DNA of 63,184 nt, filler included, from Reticulomyxa filosa (taxonomy: Eukaryota; Protista; Foraminifera), in NCBI GenBank assembly GCA_000512085.1. It is 22 parts of 22 records of this genome, joined end to end, with 100 filler letters (N's around TTAATTAATTAA, not from the genome) between each part and the next. Parts side by side here need not be neighbours in the genome. Positions count along the whole stretch, not along the records: positions 1 to 14,524 come from ASPP01022115.1; 21 more parts are not named here. The stretch is one strand, 5' to 3'. A program made the position numbers and the translations under genes. This document shows, in pieces, positions 1-12,500 of this stretch. A model generated the notes under the pieces. It saw nothing but the letters and a program-made list of their open reading frames with translations, was not told the origin of the DNA and made no database searches. The stretch's first letter is position 1. Every line of letters starts with the position of its first letter.

Positions 1-2108
1 AAACTGTTTTTAAGCTCTCTCTATCCCTCTTTTCTTTCTTCTATCCACCCCCTTTTTTTTTTTTTATGTACGTACCTTTGCTAGGAGTTCACGGTTCTGC
101 TGGTCGGGTTGGAGATGCAACCTCTCTTTCTACACACATATGCAAGAGCAAAAAGGCTAATGACACCCTCAAAGTAGTAAGGTGGATGTTACTGTGACTT
201 TGGTAAATAGGCGTCGTGTTAGTGAATTTATTTGTATATTTAGACGCGAAAATTGTTGGGGTTTTTTTAATTTCTTGGTTCTTTTCGAAGAGGGGCCAAG
301 CTCAACTGTTTACTGCTTTGCTGCGGTTTTAAAACTTGATATTGTTGCCATATATAACGCTTAGGATTGCTCAAGATTTATATTGCAATCAAAATTATTG
401 TAAGTTAAGAATTTGTGTCAAAAGTTGCTTTAGGAATGAAAATAAATGCACATCTAATCATTTCAATTTTTCGTCGACGTCTACAAAAAAGGGATCATCA
501 TTTAAGTCTCTTTTACTCAACAACAAAATATTGAAACGATCGCTCAATATGAGCTGCGTAAATAAAATCTCATAAGTATAAAAGAAAATGTTATTCTTAT
601 AATATAATTAAATACGAACAAAAAACCACAAGTATGTGTACAAAATACACTAAATAAATTATGAATAAATTAATCTAAGTGCTATATCTAGATCATATAT
701 AAAATTATTATTTTTGTTTTGGGGACAATGAATATGGAAACAAAAAGTATTACCATATTTATGAGCATTTTATGTTTTTTTGTAAACAGCCACATGAAAG
801 AAGTGCAGAACAATTTGTATAGTTGCTGTGCAGCAGGAAAAATGGTAATACTATTTTTTATTTTAACTCAAAAAAAGGTATTAAGCTCATATTTTCAACT
901 TTCCTTCATCAAAAGACAGTAGAATCATTGACGAAATTTGCACTCACGTTGAAAAAAGGCATAATGTACAAAACTTTTTATATTAGACAAATTTTTACAT
1001 AAAAGCAATAAAACAAACGCTTAAAAAATAAAAAAAAAGGTAAAAATGAAAAAACTCTAAAAGAAAATAAAACTATAAGCCAGCAGTCAAGATATATCTT
1101 TATTTATGTGTTTTTTTATTCGACGAGTTATACAGAAATGTGTTTTTGCGTATCTTTTGAAATACAAAATGTACCGAGTAAAAGTTAGACATATATGTAA
1201 TGATATATCAAAATAAGACAGATTAGTAATAGATGTTGGTGTGTTTCTAATTATGTATTTTTCTTGCTGTGTTGATATTGACATTTGTTATTTTATTGCC
1301 AAGCAGTAATTGGCCTTATGAAAAGTTTTATGTGGATGATTAAGTAATTTAAGACATAGTATTACTTTTTGAATGTTATTGATGTGTAATATATCTTTTA
1401 TGTGATTTTGCATTAATCAATTTGCTTTTTATCGTTGCCTTTTGAGTGTTTTATTTTGCAAAAATATTAAGATATCACAGCAATAAGATAAATTTTTTCA
1501 ATTTATTTTTGATTTTAATTGCTTTATTATGTGTCAAACATTAAAATTAACGTATCCAAAAATTGCACATTAGTTTTTTTAAACAGCAAATGGATAGTTG
1601 AATATGTTTTTTGTTGTCCCATTATTCTGTAAACCTGCAAATGGTACAAAAAGAGACAAAAAATTGATTTATTGTCTTGACTAAATCTATTGGTACATAA
1701 TCATTGTGATCAATTCTTTAGAAATCTTTGTTTTCTTATTTTGAATAAATATGGCAAAGTAAACTGGGAACGAAAATTTTTACCTTACCTCAATTTCACT
1801 TGGCACAAACAATAGCGCAATATTTTCGTTTCAAAATTCAGTGTATGCTTTTTCTTATGTTAGCTTGATTCGAACAATTGCAACTACTTTGTTCTTGATG
1901 AACAAATAGGCAATCTCAATATGGATTAGTCAAGTTGGACTGAAAAAAAAAAGATCAATCCTTTCCAAATGTTTTCTTTCAACTTAAGCAGGCAAAAAAA
2001 AAAAAAAAAAAAAATTCAACATGTAAGAAAGATGTACTCCATATTTACAATACGTATTAGACAACACTAAAAAAAAACCTACTTAGCAAAAAATAAGCAG
2101 TAAACACG

Positions 2109-5100
2109 TCAAAAAGAGTCAACTATATCATAAAAAATAAAAGATACCTCTATTGGTTCCCCATTCAATTGCCTAGCCTTTTGTTTCATGCGCAAGGTAC
2201 GCCAGTAGTATTCTCCTAAGTGCAGGACGTGTTGTTTCCATGCTTCCTCACAAAATTGGAGCGCCTTTTTCTTGTTCCCGTGAGCTTCACATAAAAACAT
2301 TAAGCGTTCAGCTGAACTGCTAATTGACATATCTTTTTGTCCAAATATTTCTTTCTTTATCTTTAGCGAATGTTCAAAATATTCGATTGCTTTTTCATTA
2401 CGTCCAATTCCAGAATACGCATCTCCCAAGCGCTCATACACAACATCAACATCAGAGCTGTTAATACCAAAAATTTCAATTCTGATTTTCAATGCGTTTC
2501 CATAATACTCCAATGCTTTGCTGTGCCAGCTAGAGGGTGCCATTTTGAAATATGTAGTGGCAACATCAGCATGATAAAAACCAAATATATTTAACCTAAT
2601 TTTCAATGCCTTTTCATAATATCCAAATGCATTTCCCGTGTTTTTGAGTTCGTGAAGAGAGGCCAAATTTTGATATGAATTAGCAACTTCGCTGTGACTG
2701 GCTCCAAACATATCGAGTCCCATTCTCAAAGCTTTTTCATAGTATTCAGTTGCTTCTGTGAGCCGGTACTGAGCCAAATGCAAATGTCCGAAATCGTTGT
2801 GTGACTCTATAATTTTTCGGTGCTTTGCTCCAAAAAGAGAGAGTCTAATTTGCAATGCTTTTTTAAAACTGTCCATTACTTTATCGGACATAGATTTTGG
2901 ATAGCTATCATTGCTTTTAGCATAATACACATTACCCAGATCGTGATATGAATCCGCGACATCACTGTGCTTCATCCCAAAAAGATTACGTCTCATTTTC
3001 AATGCCTTTGTATGGGATTCGATTGCTTGGTCGTACTTTCCACTAGCAGCATACACATTTCCTAACTTATTATAGGATGAAGCAACATTGGCGTGATTAT
3101 GTCCAAAAACAAATATATTGATTTGTAATGCTTTTTCATAGTATTCAATTGCCTTGGCATATTGCTTTTTTTTTAAATACACAGTCCCAAAATTATTGTA
3201 CAAATCAGTGAAAGAAATACGACTTTTATCAACAATATTCGATAGAATGTGCAATTCTTTTTCATAGTATTCAAGCGCTTTGCTATAATATCCTTTCATT
3301 AAATATGTATTTCCCAAATTGTCATACGAAGAGCCAATTTTTATGTGCTCCATTCCAAAAAGGGCTATTCTAATGTTCAATGCCTTTTCATGACAGTCAA
3401 TTGCTTTTTCATATTTTTCTTTGACACAGTAGACAAATCCTGCATTGGCGTACGAATCAGCAACATTGTTGTGATTCACTCCAAAAACATCTAATCGTAT
3501 TTTCAACGCTATTTCATATGATTCAAGCGCTTTGTCATATTCCTCTTTTTCAAAGTGAGTGTTCCCTAAGCCATTATACGAATCACTGACTTTACTATGA
3601 CTGGCTCCAAAATAACTGACTCTAATTTTTAATGCCTTTTCATAATAATCATGCGCTTTCTCACACTCCTTTTTGCTGAAATTGGCATTTCCTAAATTCT
3701 GGTATGAAGCCGCAACCTTATCGTGCTTCAATCCGAAAAGATCGACTCGGATTTTCAACGCATTTGCATGATAGTCAATTGCACGATCAATTTGTCCTTT
3801 CACCAAATAAATCTTGCCCAACTTGCTGTACGAAGAAGCGACACTAACGTGATTTGTTCCAAAGATATTTACATTGATTTTCAGTGACTCTTCGTAGAAT
3901 TTGGTCGCTTTGTCATATTGTTCTTTTTTTAAGTGGATATTCCCTAACTGGTAATATACATTTGCCACATCGGCATGACTGTCACCTAAAAGATGGAGTC
4001 TGATTTTCAAAGATTTTTCATAATATTCAATTGCTTTATCATCAATTTTCTTGAAATAGTCATTTCCCAAATCGTAATACAAGTCAGCAATCATGGTATG
4101 ATTATCTCGGAACATATCCAACATAATGTTTAGTGCACGTTCGTGATATTCAATCGATTTGTCAAGCCGCTTTTTATTTGCATAGGTATTCCCCAAGTGG
4201 TGATACAATTGCGCAACAAGCGCATGATTATCTCCATATCTTTTCAATATAACCTTTAATGCTTTTTCAAAATATTCAATAGCTTTGTCATATTGCTTCT
4301 TGGAGTCATGTGTAAGTCCAAGCAAGTTGTATGAAATAGCAACATAAGGATGGTCAAGACCAAATGTATTTACAGAAAGCTGCAAATGTTTTTGCAAATG
4401 AAGAATGGCATCATTATAAAGTCTTTTTTTTGAGCACTGCTCTCCTTTTTCTTCAAAATCTTGGAGTCGTGCCGGGACGTTATAATGCACTTTGGTATTC
4501 CATGGAATGGGTGAAATAGCTTGTTTCAATTGTGAATCAACAATTGCATTTGTCGTAATAAATAGCTGTGACATAATAGTTACATTCCCTTTGCATTGAA
4601 TCTCATTGTCAATTGCATACACATTCCCGGCAATATTTACTTCATTTAAAATTTGCAATTTGCATTTGATCACATACATCCAATATTCACCAAATTGTTG
4701 TTTATTCATCCCATTGTCGTCGTTCATCGACATTACAAATGAAGAATTCGCCCATTCCGCGCTATTATATGCAATCACAATCAATCCCCGCTCCTTTTTA
4801 TTAATCATTTCTTCTGCTATTTTTGCTGCCTCCACATTTGCTTTTCTCCAATTTTTATCACAATATTTCTTCAAATCCAAAGTCGGTGGGATGTCGCTAT
4901 CAGCCTTTGGCTCTGTTTCATCTTTGATTTCGCGATTTCCATTATCTTTACCACTTTGTGGCTGCTTTGATCTTGGGACCAAATAAAGTTCGGAGTGATT
5001 GACAGAAACAGTTTGAGCCACTTCTTTTCTCAACGCCTGGTCAAACACAGTCTCAATGACTTTTTTGACGTTCCAATCAAAGCTTTTATCCATGTTCTTT

Positions 5101-6111
5101 TCAATGCTCTGACAAAAGATGTTGGCAAAATGACTTCCTTTTTGTGCATTTGCACGTTTCGAGTTACCAATGGTCTGTTTTTTAGCAGTGTTTACAAATA
5201 TGGTAAACACATCCACATCCTGACCATACCACACATTTTTTTGCCTCGCATTGTTTGCTCGAGGACTTTTCATTTGCTTATCGTTATCTCTTTCTCCACT
5301 CCACGCGATCTTGATGAATATCTTGGGTTTGCCCGCAAAGTACTCTGTTTTGGTTGCAAACTCGTCTTGAATGTCTTTGATGCCTTTGATCTTGTTATCA
5401 CTTGTGATCAAGGTATCTCTATTGCTGCCAAATCCCCCATGTCCACACCACACAAATATCAACCCATCGTATGGCTGTCCATTGTCGTTGTCGGAACAAT
5501 TCTCTCTCAAATTCGAGCGATGCTTTGACAAAAACTTATTCAACTCATTTAATGTGAGTGACTCCGTATTTGGATTTTGTGGATTGTACGTACTGACTAC
5601 GTGGTAACCCAATTTAAATTCAAATAACATTTGCAATATGTGCAGATCTTGCTTTACATCTTCCAAATACGATTGCTGCTTATATTTCATTGCTCCTGCC
5701 AATAACACCAATGCATTTTTTACTTCGTACGAAAACACTGTTGCTTCTTTTTTTTCTTCTGTCTTTTTCATTTTTTCAATTGCTCCTATTTGTCATTTTC
5801 ACCCCCTTTTTTTTTTTTATTTGCAATTCCATTATGCAATAAAACAGTGTTTTTTTTTTTGTCACAAAAAAAAAACTTGGCCGAAATCGGACAGTAAAAA
5901 ATACTGGGTCCTTTGTAAATGCATCTACTACATTTTGATCAGATTCAACGTCACAACCTTTGCCGTCAATAATTGCCCCTATCACATCTTCAGCATGTGT
6001 CGGCTGAACTGCTAGACTTATTTGCTGTCTTAAGTTTTCGACTGTCAATCCTAGCAATATTATTGTATGCACTTTTGACCCATCATCTATAAATGCTTTG
6101 AATGATGACAT
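2109..6111 (-). CDS. PB1/ubiquitin-like + caspase-fold (C14, catalytic Cys>Trp) + ~18 x 42-aa TPR repeat protein, two exons
   Basis: Exon 1 (6111-5877) joins the 1220-aa ORF in frame through a GT-AG intron at 5876-5786 (..FRP-R-AIEKMKK..). Caspase p20 motifs are GLIFVWCGHG and GKPKIFIKIAWSG; the p10-like part is DVFTIFVNT..KGSHFANIFC..ELYLVP. From ~4470 to ~2150 there are kinesin-light-chain-type TPRs (A.SY.NLG..Y..K..Y.KA.EY.EKAL.I....FG..H). Confidence 0.9.
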
Positions 6112-6299
6112 TTCGTAAAATTAGTATTACCAAAAATTTAAATTATATTTTTTTAAAAATGAATTTGATTATTCCCTTTTGGTTACCCGAAAAGTATTCT
6201 AGTATTGCATGTACAACTTTAGCCACTTTTACTTCTTTTTTCATTAGTTTAAGAGTGTGCGAAAACGCATGCATAATATTTTTAAATATTTAAATTATT

Positions 6300-7540
6300 T
6301 CAAATGATGCAAACTTTGGGTCTTTCAGGCTGTGGCATAAAAAGCATTAAAAATCCCACAAACGAATACGTTTATCATATGATCCAGATATATTGTATTC
6401 ATACCACAGATAATTCCTAATTCATTTGATCCATATTTTGCAATATTCACTCGTTTTTCAATTCAACGAACTGGCCCTTTATTTTAATATACATATTCAA
6501 ATGGTATTATCTCATGATCCAGCACAAATGATCCATTAAATGATGAAAATTCAATGTCATCAACACAACTGATGTGTTTATCAAAAATGAATAGTGATAA
6601 AAGTGTTCGTTGTGGGAAATTTAATCTGGTCAACATATTCAAGTGCCCAATGGACATAAATTTTGTATTATCTGTTGAATATTCATCATTGCCATTTTAT
6701 ATGCTTTTTTATTTGCTTTATTTCATGAATGATCTTTATCAATTTCAGTATTTGTATTAATAAAGGGAAACATTTCAATCACGAATTGTAGTAATTTGAA
6801 TAATTTATCCATCCAATGCTTTTTGTTTAGCCAATTTAGAAATTAATATTAAATTGTCATCTAATGATTTTGATAATTTAATATTTTCATCATCTTTTAT
6901 CAAATCTTTTTTGGTCATATCAATTGACTCTTGTTTGATCAATATCCCCAAAACGAATTGTATTATCTCTTGATCCAGAACATATTACATTTGAATTACC
7001 ATTACCATTCTTTATTACAAATGTAAATATTCAACAGCATGCACATAACGTGTATATCCATTGAACACTTGGATTTGTTGACAAGGTCGAATATCCCACA
7101 AACGAAGACTTTTATCATATTATCCAGATAATATTGTATTCACTAATTTATTTGATCTATATTTTACACTATCTACATCATTATTATGTCCCTTGAATGC
7201 ATTGAATTGTTTGGCTGTTTCATATCCCATATTTGAATAGTTGTATCCCATGGTCCAGAACAAATTGTATATCCATTGCGCCAATCACATTAATATTATT
7301 CATTTTATTATTTTTATTATTATTGTTGCCTTGTAATGATGAAATATCAACATATCAAACATTATTCTTATGTCCATTGAAAAAATGAATGATTTTGATA
7401 TTTGAAATCCCAAAAACGAATGATTTTGTCATGTGATGAAAAACAAATGACATTTTGACGATGATTATGATAATGCTATGACGAAAATTTCACACAAAAC
7501 ACATCATTTGAATGTTTATTGAATGATTGAATTTGTTTCA
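6300..7540 (-). pseudogene. Degenerate WD40-repeat gene(s) of the expanded lineage-specific family
   Basis: Minus-strand pieces KQIQSFNKHSNDVFCVKFSS*HYHNHRQNVICFSSHDKIIRFWDF, TICSGPWDTTI and SGSYDKRIRLWD carry stops and frameshifts. Same family as 62430-63184. Confidence 0.8.
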
Positions 7541-8459
7541 TGAATGGTAAGTCAAAATCAAATTTTTTCAATTTTTTTTGTTAAAAAATATCTACGAACC
7601 TTCAAGTGTTTCAAAATGCATTTAATCTTTTTCTACAATTTTTTGTCAGTTAAACATTTTATCATTTTCTACGACATTAATATTGTGCTTTATTAATTTT
7701 TGTAATTTTTTTTGTTTTTAGCCACTTTGTATTGTTTTACTTTTTTCTTAAAGGTTTTAACGTTGTTTTTACTATTTGTTGTTTGAATGTATGAACTTAT
7801 CATAAGTGCTTTACTATGATTTTTTTTGATGATTTTTGGCAATTGCATTTTGTGTTAATGCACTTTTTAATTTGCATGCATTGTCTATGTTACTATATTA
7901 TCTTGCATTACTTTTAGATTTAAAGTTGTTTAGGCTTTTTGGAAAATATCAAACTTTAAAGAGATATAATTATTATAATTATATCGTTATAATTTTTAAT
8001 TGTAAAATTCATTATTTATTTTTTCGATATTAATTACAAACTTACAGTCTAACATAGGCTGATGCGCAGAAAACTCAAAAAAACTTTATTTTTAAAGAAA
8101 TTATGCTATCTTTGTTGCTTTTCAAATTTTTTTAAATTACAATTACTAATGCAAAAACAAGAAAAAAAAATTCAACGTAAAAATAATACCAAAAAATTTT
8201 AAAAAAAAACAAAAAACCAAATTTACAAAGAAAAAAAAAAGTCAATACAAACATTGGGTGCGGATAGAAGGAATGAAACATGCAGAAATATGTACATAAA
8301 CAAAAAAGAAAGAGTCATAATATTAAGTGACTGCAAATTTGTCAATGATCAAATCAAAGAATATCAAGATATTTTATGCAACCTTGGACACCGGATAAAT
8401 GAAGGAGCAGAAATAATACAACATAGATAAAAACTTTTTCCAAATGTGATCGAAGATCA

Positions 8460-8680
8460 ATTTTTGAAAAGACTGTAATACATCGACTCCAAGTACATGA
8501 ACGCAGAATTATATGCAGACTAATTTCAGGCAAAGTTGGAATAAATAACTGTATCCCATAAAAAAATCAGATACTCCGAATGCACAGTATGCGAACACGA
8601 AACAGAGTCAGTATAGCATTATTTGATGAAATGAGAATATACAATAATGTAAGAAACGACTGGTAATCAAAAATTAAAAA
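8460..8680 (+). mobile_element. Non-LTR retrotransposon (LINE) ORF2 C-terminal remnant, CCHC zinc knuckle
   Basis: Translates as ERRIICRLISGKVGINN / KIRYSECTVCEHETESV*HYLMK*, i.e. the RLxxG..LN motif followed by C-x2-C-x8-H-x4-C. The expected E and last C are mutated to stops. Confidence 0.7.
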
Positions 8681-9588
8681 TCTTATTCTGGATATCAAGG
8701 AAAATGAATTCAATTTTAAAAACTTAGTGATTGAATTAAGCATGGAATTCCGAGACAAGAGTCAAAGCAGTGCAAGAACTTGTGAAATTTGTAGAAGAAA
8801 CAAAAAGGAAAATCTGAATAATGCAGCAAAGACATAAAAAAGATAAAAAATATAATAAATAAGTTTGCAAAGTTAAATCACTTTCAATTTAATAATATCG
8901 TTTCTATGCTCATTTATTCACACATATCACTAGATAAGCCAAATATTAAAGTTATTACAAATTTTCATAAAGAAGCATAAATATCAATAAAATTCTTAAA
9001 GCTTAGTGCTTATGGCTTATAATTCAATTATGATTTTTGGTTCATATACTAATGATCGTGGGAAATCCGAATCTGAAACCAATAACGAACAGTTTTTAAT
9101 ATCACTTTGTTTGTGTGATCGCAAAAAATGACTGTTTACACTATTCTAAAAAAAATAACAAGAACATATAAAAATTTTTCGTTCAAACCACTTTTATTCT
9201 GTCATGAATTTGAAAAAGAACAACGATACAGCAGTTTACAAAAAAATTAGAAATTGCTTGGTGTCTTGGATGTTATAATCTGTTCAAATAATTTCAATTC
9301 ATCCACCTAACCAAATTATTGGCTAGAAAAGAAATAAAAATTTGAATAACTGTTCTTCGTTTTCAAATGTTTGAAGTGATAGCTAAATTTGCTTTGTTTG
9401 TAATAATTGAATTCTAGACAACTGTATCAAAGAAAAAAATAATAATGCACTCGTGAATTTTAAAAACATGTTCTCATTTAAAACTAATGGCTTGGATTTG
9501 AAAGCAAATTAGTTTTATCCACGTAATGCTCCATTTTGACTCAAAACGTTTGAGAATACTGCTCCTTTCACTTGCTCTGAAGTAATCA

Positions 9589-12500
9589 TCAAACATGTAA
9601 TTTCGGAGCAAATTTGGCTCTATAAGCCTCAACAAGCTCATCACCTCTCGATCTACCAGCGTGTTTAAGAATTGTCGTAGAAACAATATCAATTAATTGC
9701 TCTGAGCCTTGATCTGAATTAATTTGTAATTCTGCACATTTACCACCTGAAGTACGAGCTATTGCTTCAAAATGTCTTTTTGCTTTTTCTCCCACATAGA
9801 AGGCATGCACAGTGATGTTACTTTGTTTCAAGAGGTCAAGTTCTTTCTTATAGTAAGTGGGAATAGAGAATTTCGTGCCTTTCCAACAATGTTCGCCTTT
9901 GATCTGTCTTTTCTTGTCCACTTCCTGTCTTTTATTTGGTGGCATGTCTCCAATCAAAATGACTTGTGAAACGTCTTCTTTTCCGGCTTCTGTGTTGACA
10001 CAAGCAAGTCCAATTTCAATGGCCTCATTTCCCAGTCCATAATCTGCACGAACAGTCTCCATAAACTTACGCAAATTATCAGGTTTCGATTCCCAGGGAG
10101 AAGCTTGCAAAATCATATCTTCAGATGCATTGTAATTGCGATACACCATAAATTGCATTTCAAAACAATCGGGAGGTAATTCCTTATCCTTCAAAATAGT
10201 TGAAATTCTATCAAACATAGTGCAAACTGCATTTTTTGCTTTTTGCAATAAATGTTGCATGGAGCCAGTTGCATCCATAAGCACCACTGTATGTGAAGGT
10301 TTTCTCTCTTCCGCTCCTTTATTTCGCTCACATAATAAGTTTTTCGCTGTACTTGCAAGTCCTTTTTTCACAGATGCAATCAATTTTTCACTCGTTTCGT
10401 GCTCTTTTGCAGCATATTTTACATATTTTTTTTTTGTTCTCAGTGCATTGAGTTTTGAAGAATTCACATCGCTTTGCATTGAGCATTGGATAAAAATTAC
10501 CCGCGTTTACGTGCATTTTCTATTTCTGTTTTGCTTGAAAATTTCTCAAGTGATTTATCACACAATACCAAACTGTAAGAACCAGGTCCTCCTTGTCTGG
10601 CAGTTACGCCCTTTGATTTGTACTTCTTCAGACAACTCTTCAGAAAGAAAGGTTTGAATCACATTGTGGTCCACCATTGGCAGCCATAATTTGATTACGG
10701 ACAAACAAAGTCAGTTCCTCGTCCAAATACTTTGGTGAATAATCCCACTTGACCAGAACTGGTAGCACGCTTGATGAGAGATTCTTTCTCTGCGAACGAA
10801 TTTTCTTCAGTCATTACAAATTGCATCATATTTAATTTCAGAAAAATTTGGTGATTCATAAAATTCCATCAATTGTTTCTTGGTTTCGAAGAACACCAAT
10901 ACAGCTCGCTTTGCTCCTTGCGTTTTTTCAACAAGCCAATTATCAATTTCTTTTTTAAGAGTAATGAAATAATCATTTTCATCCACAATGAAAATGTCTG
11001 CTTTTTCTGTAAAGGCGAGTTGGTTCTTGCTGAACAAAGATGGCATATAAGTATATTTGGAAATATGATACTCTTTCTCCATCACTTCTTGTTCAAGTGT
11101 GCTCAATATCTCCAATGTCCCACTAACACCCATAATGCAATAGAAACTTTTAGGAACCTCAGCATATGAAAAATTTCCAATTTGGAATGAAAGGAATATA
11201 TATATATTGTTTTTTTAAACTTTCAGCACTGATTTTATTTTGTGAATGTTCATGATAACACGCAAATAAAGTCTTGTAACCATATCGAATATCGTAAGAA
11301 ATACCACCTTGTTCTTTGTATCCAATTTTATCATTGCTCACTTGATATCCATGAGACTCAAAAAGCTTTGAACATCACTCAACATATCTTTAATCGCTTC
11401 ATCCAACAATGAATCCCATCCTTTCAATACATTACAACATGTCTTGTATTCATTGGATTGTTTTACATCCTTCAATTTCAAAAATTGAGCTTTTATTATT
11501 CCAAATAAAGTCAATAAGTTTGGTGATGGCATCATGTCGCAATATAGTTGCAGGTGAATAGCAGCTGCCATAAAAGTCTGTGTTGAAAAATACATCAACT
11601 TCATCAATTAAAAGTATCTTTGAACGAATGACCTGCTCTCAACTTCATTAGATTTTTTTTTCTTCATTATCATTACCAGGAAGGATTACATTTTCAACAA
11701 GTTTGCGCACATCACCTCCTTCATTAATAATCCTTTCACAAATCTTGTTGAATGTGCCATAATGAATATGGATCAATTACACCCAAGGTATTGAACATTT
11801 GCTCAAAACTTTTGAAATCTCTGCCACTCAAGTATTCACTGTATGAAGTGCAACTCACATCAAAGCCAAATAATGCCAATACACAACAAGCGACTGCCAA
11901 AGTCACTGATTTCCCTTCTCCTGTCCCGAATTTGAATCAAATGATTTGTCAATCCAGATATTTTCTCTCCAACACCCAACATACGGAATATGGAAATCAC
12001 TTGAGCTGGATGTGGTTGTACCAAATAAGAATTTTGATCTTCAACACCTTTGTGCATCATGATAGTATTGTACGTGTTGAAGTGTCCACAATGCAAAAAT
12101 GTTAGCCATTACTTCGGGGATATTGTGTCGAACACTTGGGTCCCATCTTTCATTCCCTGGTATTTGTTTGATATCACTAGCATATATTCTTGCATTATTT
12201 GCAAATACGCTGAGTTGCTTCGGGTCATTTTTGATTTTGTCCAGATTGTTTTGCACAAATTGGCGATATTTTATATTAAACTCATCATACATTTTCTTTA
12301 ATTTCGATGTATCTATTGAATCATCTTTGACATTAATCTTTTCCAAAACATAGTCAATTCCATGTGTCAGGGTTTTCTGATTGAATAATGCAACAGAAAG
12401 TCCTTTGAATACATTATGCTCAGCGACAATCATCTTACTCACTCCGGTTAATTCTTCTTCCAGTTGTATTGCTGCTAGTGCCGTAATATCGACACCCCCT

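Noticed and set aside
2150-4470. 126-nt periodicity as a possible repeat-spacer array
   Set aside because: It is fully explained by in-frame 42-aa TPR coding repeats.
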